Shown piece by piece: positions 49,912 through 59,758 of a stretch of 64,000 bases of DNA (positions within the stretch are counted from its first letter, which is position 1; each line of letters starts with the position of its first letter). The stretch comes from Leptospira sp. (GTDB taxonomy: Bacteria > Spirochaetota > Leptospiria > Leptospirales > Leptospiraceae): NCBI GenBank assembly GCA_034439575.1, contig JAWXAQ010000002.1:192001-256000 (forward strand), in the 5' to 3' direction. The notes beneath the pieces were generated by a model that saw nothing but the letters and a program-made list of their open reading frames with translations, did not search any database and was not told the DNA's origin. A program made the position numbers and the translations under genes.

Positions 49912-52900
49912 ATGCTTAAACGAGGGCTCTTTCTCTTCGTTTTAATTCTATCCGTGTTGGTTGTTGACTGTTCAAAAAAGTCAAAATCGGCACCATTCTG
50001 GTTTTTGCTTGGTGCGGGTGGCGCTGGAAATGCCTCTGATAGCGCTGGCAATTCTGAAACTGCGAATGATTCAAACGGTGTAGCCTTACCCGCTTCCAAC
50101 GAATCCGTAACGACTGCTTCTTCCGGCGAAGTGCCATCAAACTCAGCTGTCCAAGAAGTTCCGACTTCGGGACCTGCCAATGTTGTGGGCACTATCCAAG
50201 CGACAGTTTCAGGAATTCCTGCTACTGATGTTTGTGGATTCCCTAGTGCCCCTGCGGCACCAAATTGTTTGGATCTCACCCAGATACAAGTTCGCATCGA
50301 AGTCGCAAATGGTGGAAATTATACTCTCGTGGCATCAACGAATGCGAATTCCGATGGTAGTTTTTCCTTTTCTATCGATGACCTTCCTAACAATAATTAC
50401 AGAGTCTTAATCAATAATGGCAATGGCTTAAATTATACGTACCAAGACTTTACTTTCGTTTTTGATCCGACACAATCTGGATCCACACTCGTAGATGTAG
50501 GAGTATTATATGCAGAAAGATTGTACTATACTTCTGGCCCCGCGAGCATTTCGGGAAGTGTTTCTACGACTGGTTTTTCTGGAGATGGAGTTAGTGTTCC
50601 CAGCGGAAGTTTAAGCGGTCTCACCGTAATCATAAGAGATAACGAAGGAAATACGGTCGCAACAACTACCACTGCTGGTGATGGGACCTATTCTTTTAAT
50701 ATTCCAAATTTACCTAACGGAAATTATACTGTCGTTTATGATGGATCTACGGTCAATGCGAGTGGTCAAAACTTCGCTACAAATTCTGATACGATTCATT
50801 TTACATTTCAAGGAACAAATCCATCTACGACCACAGTTGTCAATTTAGGGGACTCAAATCTTCCTTGGCTTGCCGCTACTGAAAGTAATATCACTCTCAA
50901 TGGTTCTGTAAGAAACGGTGCAGTCGCTAATGATAATTCCACTGTATTTACAATCAAACTAAAGAACGAGCAAGGCGCAATTGTAGATACAACAAGTGTT
51001 AATGGAAATGGATCCTTCCAACTTTCTGCTTCTGGTTTGCCTGCTGGTGTGTATTATATCGAAGTATCTGGACCGAATTTTTTTACCGTCTCTCAGTCCT
51101 TTCTTTTTTCTCCAGCCCCAGATGGTGGAAACAAAACAGTCACACTTGGAACACCGATTGGTATTGTTGCAAGACCTTCGAATGTCGTGGGTTATGTGAG
51201 AGATGGAAATGGTTCGCATGTTTCTGGTTCAGTGATCAATTTCCGACCTGATAGAACACAACCTCCATCCAATTTAGTATATCTTCTGAATGACCCACAA
51301 ATTGGCAATGGTGTCAAACTTTGGATCATAGAAGCTATGAGTGGAGTTGCCGGAGTTAATTGTGCTACTAATCCTGCCGCCTCGCCAACGATCTGTTCTT
51401 GTGCTTTAGCACCGACGACAGCTTGCCTTTTGACCTCGCAAGGATCAGGTCCGTGGAATTATTCCACTTGGGGCAACAAAGTATATGAGGTTCGGTCGAC
51501 TGACAGCCAAGTGTATTTTACCGCAGCGGCTGGTACTTGGTCTTATTATATTTCTGCACCAGGTTTTGAAAATTGGTGCAACGGAAATGTTTCGCCTTGT
51601 TCTTCCAATCCACTAACAATTGTTCTGAATGGAAATGATTTTAATGCGGGCAATATTTCTATGACTTCCATAGACAATCGTGCACAAATTGCAGGAACCA
51701 TAAGTGTCAGAGATACAGCTCCTTCAAATCCTAACATTCACAGTAATCAATCTGGACTATTTGTCGTCCTACTAGGAAACACTACAACAACTGGATCTGC
51801 ACTTGCTCATATTGCAGTGACATCTGGTGGAGCTTATTCTTTCAATGGATCTTCTTATGTTGTGACATTACCTGCAGGATTAACATCTGACACACAAAGA
51901 GTTGGTTATGCGCTCCAAACCCTAGCTTCTGGCGGAGCATCAACTCTCGCTAATGCAAATTCTATCGCGATTGATGATGATGTGACTGCATCTGTCACAG
52001 TGAGCAATGGAACTCAGTATAACTTCCGTCAGTCTTCTTACCAATTGATCGTGGTTGATACAACTGTTTCTAGCCCAAGAGCGAGTTACCTTTCTCCAAC
52101 CTCTCTTAGTTTAGATATTTCCTCTGTAGCTACAAACCAATTCGCTACAACACCAGTGACTTATAATCACAACGGCACAGCAGTTCACAATGTGAGAGCG
52201 ACTGTTGGTGGTACGGTAACAGATGCTATATCGACCTCACCAGTTTCTGGTGCGACATTGACTCTTGGAAGGTTTGATGGTGGCAATTTCATCGCGGATG
52301 TTCGTCGAGATTGTTCTGGTGTATTTGATAATACGTCTTGTTCCGTGGCAAGTGTTCGCCAATCAGGCCAAGACCAAATCATCGGTTCACTCACTTCGGC
52401 AGCAAATGGTAGTTATGCATTCCAATTCGTACCTCAAGGCTCATATAGTTTACGAATTGAAAAAAACGGTATCGTGACTTATTTCCCTGTGGAAGTGGGT
52501 TCATCTGGCGGATCAATTTCTGTCAATACACCTATTATCACAAATACAGGACGTGGTCATTTATCAGGCTCTGTCAAAACACCGGGCGGATTTGCCTTCT
52601 CTGGAACTTATTCCTTGGAAGTTGTAGATCCAAATACTGGACTCATTCGACCAACAGCTGGAGTTCAACCAGCATCCATTGCTACTGGATCAACTAGCTT
52701 TACCAATGCGAGCCAGTACACAATTTTTGATATCAATGCGGGTCGTTGGAAAGTCCGATTTGTGGCAAGTGGTTATAAAACTGTAGAAGGTATCGTGGAC
52801 ATCCAAGCTGGGGCCACAACAAATTTTGATATCATCACTTTTGTTCCAGGAACCCAGACTCCAGGTGCGATTTCGGGACGAGCACTTTCTGCCCTTTACA

Positions 52901-53637
52901 ATACTGGAGTTTGTGATCTAACAGCGCGTATCCGACCAGGGGTAAATGTGAAGTCTGGTCCTTATGCCATCGATGAAAATGGAGCTACCATCGCAAGTGT
53001 CAAAACCGCAACTGATGGATCTTATGCGATTCCAAATGTTCCACCTGGCAATTACACATTGGAGGTTTCTGGCTCTGGCAAAAGAGGGAATTGTACAAGT
53101 TCTTTAGAACTTTATTCAACCACCTATCGCACTGTAGTGGCTGCTGGGTCTGAGACTCCATCAAATCAGAATATTTTGGTTTCTCCAGTTCTTGGTGATA
53201 ATGAAATGCGAGTTGTCCTTTCCTGGGGTGCCTCACCACGAGATATTGATTCACACCTCCAATATAGCGCGACTGACAGTGGTTCAAGAATCGTTTGGAA
53301 CCGTAAAGCGCCTTTAGGTGTTAGCAACGGAGAACTTGATTATGATATCACAACGGGTTATGGACCTGAAACGATTAGTCTAAAAGGATCCATTTGGTCG
53401 CAACAAGTTCGTTACTATTCACTCTACAATTGGTCGGGCGAAGCGAACATGGGCATATCAGGTGCTAACGTTAGAGTTTTTAAAGGTTCGATTGGAGAGG
53501 TTAGAAATTATTCTATTAACCCGAATCACTCAAACCGTTGGTGGAAAATATTCTGTATTTCGTCTGATAAAATCATAACAGATGTCGGGAGTGCTGGTTG
53601 TAGTGCGTCTGGCTTCTTAGAAAGAACAAAATACTAG
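49912..53637 (+). CDS. Large surface lipoprotein with repeated carboxypeptidase-regulatory/CnaB-like beta domains and YfaP-like C-terminus
   Basis: Lipobox-like VVDC; repeated T..DG.YSF..LP.G.Y modules; C-terminal RVVLSWGASPRDIDSHL...LDYDITTGYGPETI. Confidence 0.8.
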   Translation: MLKRGLFLFVLILSVLVVDCSKKSKSAPFWFLLGAGGAGNASDSAGNSETANDSNGVALPASNESVTTASSGEVPSNSAVQEVPTSGPANVVGTIQATVSGIPATDVCGFPSAPAAPNCLDLTQIQVRIEVANGGNYTLVASTNANSDGSFSFSIDDLPNNNYRVLINNGNGLNYTYQDFTFVFDPTQSGSTLVDVGVLYAERLYYTSGPASISGSVSTTGFSGDGVSVPSGSLSGLTVIIRDNEGNTVATTTTAGDGTYSFNIPNLPNGNYTVVYDGSTVNASGQNFATNSDTIHFTFQGTNPSTTTVVNLGDSNLPWLAATESNITLNGSVRNGAVANDNSTVFTIKLKNEQGAIVDTTSVNGNGSFQLSASGLPAGVYYIEVSGPNFFTVSQSFLFSPAPDGGNKTVTLGTPIGIVARPSNVVGYVRDGNGSHVSGSVINFRPDRTQPPSNLVYLLNDPQIGNGVKLWIIEAMSGVAGVNCATNPAASPTICSCALAPTTACLLTSQGSGPWNYSTWGNKVYEVRSTDSQVYFTAAAGTWSYYISAPGFENWCNGNVSPCSSNPLTIVLNGNDFNAGNISMTSIDNRAQIAGTISVRDTAPSNPNIHSNQSGLFVVLLGNTTTTGSALAHIAVTSGGAYSFNGSSYVVTLPAGLTSDTQRVGYALQTLASGGASTLANANSIAIDDDVTASVTVSNGTQYNFRQSSYQLIVVDTTVSSPRASYLSPTSLSLDISSVATNQFATTPVTYNHNGTAVHNVRATVGGTVTDAISTSPVSGATLTLGRFDGGNFIADVRRDCSGVFDNTSCSVASVRQSGQDQIIGSLTSAANGSYAFQFVPQGSYSLRIEKNGIVTYFPVEVGSSGGSISVNTPIITNTGRGHLSGSVKTPGGFAFSGTYSLEVVDPNTGLIRPTAGVQPASIATGSTSFTNASQYTIFDINAGRWKVRFVASGYKTVEGIVDIQAGATTNFDIITFVPGTQTPGAISGRALSALYNTGVCDLTARIRPGVNVKSGPYAIDENGATIASVKTATDGSYAIPNVPPGNYTLEVSGSGKRGNCTSSLELYSTTYRTVVAAGSETPSNQNILVSPVLGDNEMRVVLSWGASPRDIDSHLQYSATDSGSRIVWNRKAPLGVSNGELDYDITTGYGPETISLKGSIWSQQVRYYSLYNWSGEANMGISGANVRVFKGSIGEVRNYSINPNHSNRWWKIFCISSDKIITDVGSAGCSASGFLERTKY

Positions 53638-53653
53638 AATGAAAAAAATGGAA

Positions 53654-53690
53654 ATCTTGGGAAAGTAATCTTTCCCAAGATATTTTATTT
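53654..53690 (+). terminator. Intrinsic terminator after the lipoprotein gene
   Basis: ATCTTGGGAAAG-taat-CTTTCCCAAGAT 12-bp perfect stem followed by ATTTTATTT. Confidence 0.75.
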
Positions 53691-53822
53691 CTAAAAAATA
53701 TAATAAAATTTTGATTAAATATTAAATAAATCTTTATATCCGCATATCTTATTATAGTTAATTCAATTGTTTACTATGCTTTTTCAAACGTCTCTTGCAC
53801 AATACATGAATATCATTTTAAT

Positions 53823-54614
53823 TCAAATATCATAATATACGATTGCTCGATTTTTGCTAAATGTTACTGATAAATTTAAATCATAAAGATCGGAAAGATG
53901 TTTCTCTGTGAGCACATCCATTTTATTTCCACTTGCGAGTAATTTGCCTTCTCTGATAAGGATGACTTTATTAAAATTTTCGGGAATCTCTTCGATTCTA
54001 TGAGTGATCAAAATGCGAGTAAGGTTCTGATTCTGGCTTTTTAAGACACTCAAACTTTTCTCAAAATCATATCTTGCTGTTAAATCGAGAGTCGCGGTAG
54101 GTTCATCAAGAATTAGTATTTTTTTGTTTTCACCTAATGCACGTAAAAGTAAAATTTTCGTTTTTTCGCCCGAAGAAAGGCTCGTATACAATTGATCTTT
54201 TTTTAATAAAAGTCCGAGTGATCTAAGCTTATCTTCTGCAAGTTTAATTTGTTCATTTGTGACTTCGCGATACAAGCCGATCGTATTATGAATCCCTGTA
54301 ATGACGACTTCCAAAGCTGTCAAATTTCTTTGCAGGAGCTGTTCTTGGTGAGAATTTTGTAAAATTCCTATTTGGTCTTGTATGGGTTTGATTGCTGTAG
54401 TGCCATATTCTTCACCTAATACGAATATAGTGCCAGATGTAGGCCAAATATATCCATAGAGTAGGTTGATTAATGTGGTTTTCCCTGCACCATTTCGCCC
54501 AACGATTGCTACACTGTCACCTTCATGGATTTGAAAGGAAACGTTTTGTAAAATCGGAGTTTGATTTCTATAGTAATTTACATCCTGGAAACGGATGATT
54601 TCATTTGTTGGCAC
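53823..54614 (-). CDS. ABC transporter ATP-binding protein (ModF/YlmA-like)
   Basis: Walker A GRNGAGKTT, signature LSSGE, Walker B ILILDEP, ITH. Confidence 0.88.
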   Translation of the reverse strand: MPTNEIIRFQDVNYYRNQTPILQNVSFQIHEGDSVAIVGRNGAGKTTLINLLYGYIWPTSGTIFVLGEEYGTTAIKPIQDQIGILQNSHQEQLLQRNLTALEVVITGIHNTIGLYREVTNEQIKLAEDKLRSLGLLLKKDQLYTSLSSGEKTKILLLRALGENKKILILDEPTATLDLTARYDFEKSLSVLKSQNQNLTRILITHRIEEIPENFNKVILIREGKLLASGNKMDVLTEKHLSDLYDLNLSVTFSKNRAIVYYDI

Positions 54615-56073
54615 TTTTGTAAAGAGTCTCGACTTTTTTTACAGCTTTTGTAAAAGTTTCAACATCATCTAATCCAAATTTTGCGAGAAGGTTTTTATCA
54701 ATCGCATAAAATCCTTTTTTGGACTCTTGAAAATCACTCATCATATTTGCCATATAAACGATTTCTACTAAGTCGCGAAGGTCTGCTGGTGCCATAAATG
54801 GTTTATGGTGGTATTCGATCGCCACACGTAAGTCAGCCGGGAATTCCCATTTTTCCGCGAGTAAGGCACCAAGTTGTGGGTGACTGAGACCAATCGCCAT
54901 CTCTTCTAATAAAGTTGAGTTACCAGAATCAGAGCCCCTTTGGAAAGTTTCAATTTTTTTAAAGAAAGAGCGATCTACAGATAACAATAAAAATTTACCG
55001 ATGTCATGAAGAAGTGCGCTCACTGCGATAATATCAGCTAATTTATTTGTAACAGTGTGGTCAGTTGCAAGGTATCGTGCATAAAAACTGCAACGATTGG
55101 AATGATCCCAAACATCCATCATTTTGCCGTATTGGCCGTCCATAATCTTACGAACACCAGAAACATATAATAAGTTACGTAAATTTTTGAGTCCTACAAC
55201 TTTGATTGCTTGTATAATTGATCCCACCTGACTACGGTTAGCAAAAAATGCGGAGTTTGATAATTTTAATAAATCGGCAGATAGTGCCGGATTTTTTTCT
55301 ATTTCACTGGCGATCATATTGAGATCTGAATCCGGATTGTTACACAATTGGATGATCTTTGTGAGAGAATGCGGAAGTGGTGGTAAACCATCTATCTCAT
55401 TCAATATTTTCGTTTTGAGAGTCGTTGTGATTTCCAGAGGAGTTGTAATTTCTGGAACACTTAGTGTTGCTCGTGTTAGCTTGTCATTTGTATGAATTCT
55501 AAAACGATCTGAACCAATTCCTGAATTTTTAAGCAATAGTTGAATAAGGACGAGACCAAGACCTGCTGATTCTGTGCTATCGGAAACATCAGCAAATGCA
55601 TCAGAAAGATCATTATAATTTTTAGCGACTTCTATGCGTTTGTTGACGCGAGCCAATTCTTCTGTTGTTATGGGTGCATTGTTTTCAACGGCGAAGTGAA
55701 TGTTTTTTCCTTCAACTTTCATAAGCAAACTGATATAAAAATTTCCACCATCCAAATGCGCCAATTGTTCATTCCATTTTTGAATGATGTTTTCTTGGAA
55801 ATGCGCCATCCCTTTGATATAGTCTTTTGGGTTTTGGATATCGAGATTTTCGCGCGTGAAATAATCACGTTTGGCATTTGCCTTATTGGCATTCATCAAA
55901 AGTTCTTTTAGGACGGTAAAGACAACTTCAACTAGATATAATTTATCCATATAGCCCATAACATGGACGAGAAGGGCGTATATTTCTTGGTTTTGCTCTT
56001 CGGTAACGAAGTAGTAATTGATCCGAGATTCTTTGGAGGTTTCTAATTGAGAGATAATTTCCTGAAAGTTCAC
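54601..56073 (-). CDS. HDOD domain protein with N-terminal HATPase-like domain
   Basis: VLKELLMNANKAN and SAGLGLVLI; LPPLP...LSADLLKLSNSAFF, ALLHDIGK, HPQLGALLAEKWEFP. Confidence 0.85.
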   Translation of the reverse strand: MNFQEIISQLETSKESRINYYFVTEEQNQEIYALLVHVMGYMDKLYLVEVVFTVLKELLMNANKANAKRDYFTRENLDIQNPKDYIKGMAHFQENIIQKWNEQLAHLDGGNFYISLLMKVEGKNIHFAVENNAPITTEELARVNKRIEVAKNYNDLSDAFADVSDSTESAGLGLVLIQLLLKNSGIGSDRFRIHTNDKLTRATLSVPEITTPLEITTTLKTKILNEIDGLPPLPHSLTKIIQLCNNPDSDLNMIASEIEKNPALSADLLKLSNSAFFANRSQVGSIIQAIKVVGLKNLRNLLYVSGVRKIMDGQYGKMMDVWDHSNRCSFYARYLATDHTVTNKLADIIAVSALLHDIGKFLLLSVDRSFFKKIETFQRGSDSGNSTLLEEMAIGLSHPQLGALLAEKWEFPADLRVAIEYHHKPFMAPADLRDLVEIVYMANMMSDFQESKKGFYAIDKNLLAKFGLDDVETFTKAVKKVETLYKSANK

Positions 56074-56119
56074 TGATACAATTCTTCCTTAGTAAATCAC
56101 TCTTGTAAATTGATAAAGA

Positions 56120-56146
56120 TGTTCGGCAATAGAATTATTTTTTTTA
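56120..56146 (-). promoter_or_regulatory. Sigma-28-like promoter for the HDOD gene
   Basis: Minus strand TAAA-N15-GCCGAACA, matching the TAAA-N15-GCCGATAA spacing. Confidence 0.55.
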
Positions 56147-56207
56147 ACCAATCCTTGAGATTTGTCCTAGTACCAATGCATAATTGATTCTAGAAAGGAG
56201 CAAATGT

Positions 56208-56429
56208 ATGCAAGTCAAACAGAACAATGAGAATTATAAAGCGAGTCTAAACGAGGATGAGAGAGAGAAACTGCACTTACTTATGGAAGAACGCTTAGAA
56301 AAAATATTAATTTCCATAGGAGAGAAGAAGGAAAAGAAAAAGTTAATGGGTGCAAGTTTCAGAAAACCGGCAAATCAGGAAAAAGCAGTATGGAATCTTA
56401 GCGAAATTCCTATACTTTTCGGAGCATAA
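56208..56429 (+). CDS. Small hypothetical protein
   Basis: Strong RBS AAAGGAG before ATG 56208; 73 aa, charged. Confidence 0.55.
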   Translation: MQVKQNNENYKASLNEDEREKLHLLMEERLEKILISIGEKKEKKKLMGASFRKPANQEKAVWNLSEIPILFGA

Positions 56430-57692
56430 TCAAAAAAACCATTTTCGAAACGTCTCATCAGCGATTGCATCGGGAAATTCTTGGAAAGCCCTTTCCCACA
56501 TTGCCAATGTAGTAGATTCGGGAAATCCCTTAGCTTCACTTAAAGATGGATAGTAAGATTTATGGTCTATTTGTTTTTCAGATTCTAACAAACCGCTTGG
56601 CACTTCATTTAAAGAAACAATAGAAAGACCTTTTTCATTTTCCCAGAGTTTATCCCAGGCTAGTTTATTTTTCCCTTTTTTCCCCACATACAAATTTGTA
56701 TGATTTAATTTTTCCCAAGTATTCTTTCGATTAACAAATGGTAAACGGTAGCTTTCATAGCCAGTACCTTTGCAATGAGACTTGCCTTTCTCATCTTCAA
56801 AACTTATACCAGACAATATTAATTTTTTAGCTCCTGCAAATTTAGCCAAAGATTTTGCCATACCTCCTAAGTTGAGACTAGGATTTTTTAAACTTGGCCA
56901 ATGTTCTTTTAAATTGTAAGTTATCAACTGATCCATGGGAAAATCAGTATTGATGATAAAAAGAGGATTTGGCAATGAGAATATATATGAGGAACCACCA
57001 AACCAAGTGATGATTGGAATTGTATCTGGAATTTTTGGTAAAAAATGATACAAGGTTCCGCGACCAGAGTCTATCGATAAGATGAAATCGGGAAGGATAC
57101 CTTCTGAAATTACATATTGCGTAGCGGTATCACTTGTAATGATAATGAGTTTATCTCTGTATTTTTTTAATTTTTGAATTTCCGATTCCAAAGTGGGACT
57201 TGCCCCGACAAAGACAACTGTTAGCTGTGAAAAATTTAATTTAGTTAATAGGTTAATTCTTATTCTATTTGACTCAAGTTGTGATATATTTTTAAGATAA
57301 TTTTGTGTCCAAATCCTTCGGAAATAATTTTTAGTTTGCGAATTGACATTCGAATTACCCTTAGAAATTGAATTTAAAAAATCTTTGAAATTTTCTATTT
57401 CTTTGGGAACAATACGAGTATGGCCAGGGAAAATCAAAGTTTCGATTGATGCTCGTTTGGTGGACAATAGAAACGATTTAATTTGATCCGGCCAAATTTT
57501 CGAATCAAAAGAATTAAGTATCAGAAATGGGACATTTCTTTCTGTTAGATGATTACATATACTCTGAAATTGTTTTTGAAATTCAATTTGGTTCGCGATT
57601 TCAGATATCGGTTCCCAAAATATCAAAGGAGGTAATGAATCATTTTTTAGTTCTAATAGGGAATTTAAATGATGAAGGGCACCGAGTCCCAC
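56430..57692 (-). CDS. Motility-associated factor (Maf/DUF115, MptE-like) family protein
   Basis: VFVGASPTLESEIQKLKK, IITSDTA...GILPDFILSIDS, LAKFAGAKKLILSGISF, SHCKGT. Confidence 0.75.
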   Translation of the reverse strand: MGLGALHHLNSLLELKNDSLPPLIFWEPISEIANQIEFQKQFQSICNHLTERNVPFLILNSFDSKIWPDQIKSFLLSTKRASIETLIFPGHTRIVPKEIENFKDFLNSISKGNSNVNSQTKNYFRRIWTQNYLKNISQLESNRIRINLLTKLNFSQLTVVFVGASPTLESEIQKLKKYRDKLIIITSDTATQYVISEGILPDFILSIDSGRGTLYHFLPKIPDTIPIITWFGGSSYIFSLPNPLFIINTDFPMDQLITYNLKEHWPSLKNPSLNLGGMAKSLAKFAGAKKLILSGISFEDEKGKSHCKGTGYESYRLPFVNRKNTWEKLNHTNLYVGKKGKNKLAWDKLWENEKGLSIVSLNEVPSGLLESEKQIDHKSYYPSLSEAKGFPESTTLAMWERAFQEFPDAIADETFRKWFF

Positions 57693-57737
57693 AAAACAAA
57701 GAATATTTTTTTCTGAAATTTGTAGTGAAGATACAAA

Positions 57738-57770
57738 TCGCGATCCTTCCTTTGCAGGATCGAATCGCGA
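57738..57770. terminator. Hairpin downstream of rpoZ-like gene
   Basis: CGATCCT-tcctttgc-AGGATCG stem, with an alternative TCGCGAT/ATCGCGA pairing. Confidence 0.4.
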
Positions 57771-57856
57771 ATGTAGATAAAATTGAAGATTGGGATTGTA
57801 GAAATTAGAAAGTTTGTGATCTGAAAAAACTGGTTCGAATGAAATGGAGAAACCTC

Positions 57857-58336
57857 TTAGTCTTCTTCCTCTTCTTCTACTACTTCAGCATCATCATCAA
57901 AATCGTCTTCATCATCATCGTCGTCTTCTTCCTCTTCTTCTTCAGCTTCATCACCAAACTCGTCTTCGAATCCGTCTTCATCGAGTGATTCTGGTTTGCG
58001 TGCTTCTTCTTCAGGAATAAAATCTTCATCTATATCTTCTTCTGCATGAGGGGCAAAAGAAGTACCTTGAGTCGAAGAAACACCTGCGATTTTGTCTTTT
58101 TCTTCTTGGATTTTATCTCTTTCCTCTTTAGAAAGATATTTCCACTGAATCGAATTGTTAGTTAAGGCATAAAGTGCTTGTACTGTCAGCTTACGATTTT
58201 TAAGCTTCTTAGGAAGGGTGATTTTATCGATTTTGTCGATGGCACCGAATCCAGCGACACAGGTTTCGTATATTTTTTCACGGCAGAGTTCAATTAAGGA
58301 TACGATGTCGAAGTCTTCTTTGTTCGGTTGGCTCAT
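57857..58336 (-). CDS. RNA polymerase omega-subunit-like protein with long acidic tail
   Basis: KIYETCVAG...RKLTVQALYALTNNSIQWKY resembles omega NRYELV.AA...K....AL.E....I; C-terminal ~60 aa mostly Asp/Glu. Confidence 0.5.
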   Translation of the reverse strand: MSQPNKEDFDIVSLIELCREKIYETCVAGFGAIDKIDKITLPKKLKNRKLTVQALYALTNNSIQWKYLSKEERDKIQEEKDKIAGVSSTQGTSFAPHAEEDIDEDFIPEEEARKPESLDEDGFEDEFGDEAEEEEEEDDDDDEDDFDDDAEVVEEEEED

Positions 58337-58375
58337 GTATTTAATTCCCCAGGGATAGGAATGGAATGTTACGCC

Positions 58376-58403
58376 AGTTTGGTAGAAACGCCTCCCGTGT
58401 CAA
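58376..58403 (-). promoter_or_regulatory. Sigma-70 promoter for rpoZ-like gene
   Basis: Minus strand TTGACA-N16-CAAACT. Confidence 0.5.
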
Positions 58404-58468
58404 GGGAAAGATTTAAAACGGACTTTACAGCCTCGTTCTTTACCCGATGATGGGATCAAAGACACCTA

Positions 58469-59062
58469 ATGGGACATACAATTTTCCCCGCCTTCTTATC
58501 ATTCTGTTTACTTGCCTTTGGTCAATGTGCCCCATCTAAATCTTCATTTTTTGGAGAAATGGAGTGGAAGGCAGTCGGGATCGATGGAAAGAACATAAAA
58601 CTTTCCGAATTGCCAGTCGACCTTATCGCGATCAATGTATATTCGCCTGACTGTGTTCCATGTTGGAAAGAAATTCCTACTTTGAACTACTTAAACAAAG
58701 AGATTCGAGAAAAATACAAAAATCAGGTTTTATATTTAGCCGTTGATCCTTACCAAATGGTTCCAGATCTTGCTTCGGATGCGAGTTGGGGGGAGGCTTT
58801 TGGAAAAGCGAAAGTGAGAATGGAAAAAGAAGCCAAAGATCGCAACATTGAACTCACACTTCTTTTTATGATGCCACCATTTTCAGTCAATGAAGGAAAT
58901 TTCATCACGGGAACACCTGAAACTTTGTTATTGGAGAATCGCCCTTTGCGTCTATATTATAATTTTATAGGTTCCCTATCTGAAGAAACGGATTTAGATA
59001 AAATTATTAAGGATCCTAAGGTAAATTTTTTCAAACACCAATTTGGTATGCATTCGAAATGA
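58469..59062 (+). CDS. TlpA-like thioredoxin-fold lipoprotein
   Basis: Lipoprotein-like signal (AFGQC), INVYSPDCVPCWKEIPTL (CxxC), GTPET. Confidence 0.8.
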   Translation: MGHTIFPAFLSFCLLAFGQCAPSKSSFFGEMEWKAVGIDGKNIKLSELPVDLIAINVYSPDCVPCWKEIPTLNYLNKEIREKYKNQVLYLAVDPYQMVPDLASDASWGEAFGKAKVRMEKEAKDRNIELTLLFMMPPFSVNEGNFITGTPETLLLENRPLRLYYNFIGSLSEETDLDKIIKDPKVNFFKHQFGMHSK

Positions 59063-59748
59063 GAGCTTTAATTGTACGTTTTCTTGATTGTGAAGGTCCA
59101 GGAATTTTAGAACCCATACTTCGAGAAAAAGGATACCGCATAAGTTATCATAATGCGTATGACAAACGTTTGACGCTTATGCCCGAAGCACATTTGAATT
59201 TTTCTTTGATCGTTCTTATGGGCGGACCGATGTCAGTGGCAGATGAATCCGTCGATCCTATGCTTTCTCCTTATATAGAACTTGTGCAAAATGTATTAAA
59301 TACAAATGGCCGTAAACTAATTGGAATTTGTCTTGGTGGGCAAATTATAGCGAAAGCATTGGGTGCCAGAGTAAATAAAGGTGATAAAGGCCCAGAAGTA
59401 GGTTTTTCACAGGCGAAGATAGTGGATAAAAATGATCCCATATTTTCTGGAATCCATGAGGAAGAAATCCAAGCCTTTCATTTGCATGAAGATTTGTTTT
59501 CATTGCCAGAAGGCGCAAAGCTGTTGCTCGCTGGGGATTTTTATCAAAATCAAATGTTTTCTTATAAATACAAGGCTTTTGCTTTTCAAACTCATATCGA
59601 ACCAACATTAAATATGTTAAATGTATGGTTTGAATTTCATAAGGATTTTATATCCAAGGGCAAAGGAGATTTTTCTAATGTTTCTGAAAAACAACAGAAC
59701 ATGGAATCCTCCGCTAAAATTATATTTCGCAATATTCTAAATATCTAA
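59059..59748 (+). CDS. Type 1 glutamine amidotransferase
   Basis: MGGPMSV, GICLGGQ (catalytic Cys), FQTHIE (His/Glu). Confidence 0.9.
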   Translation: MRALIVRFLDCEGPGILEPILREKGYRISYHNAYDKRLTLMPEAHLNFSLIVLMGGPMSVADESVDPMLSPYIELVQNVLNTNGRKLIGICLGGQIIAKALGARVNKGDKGPEVGFSQAKIVDKNDPIFSGIHEEEIQAFHLHEDLFSLPEGAKLLLAGDFYQNQMFSYKYKAFAFQTHIEPTLNMLNVWFEFHKDFISKGKGDFSNVSEKQQNMESSAKIIFRNILNI

Positions 59749-59758
59749 TGGAAAGATT

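Noticed and set aside
49872-50297. 141-aa minus-strand ORF
   Set aside because: Antisense to the lipoprotein 5' end; no motif
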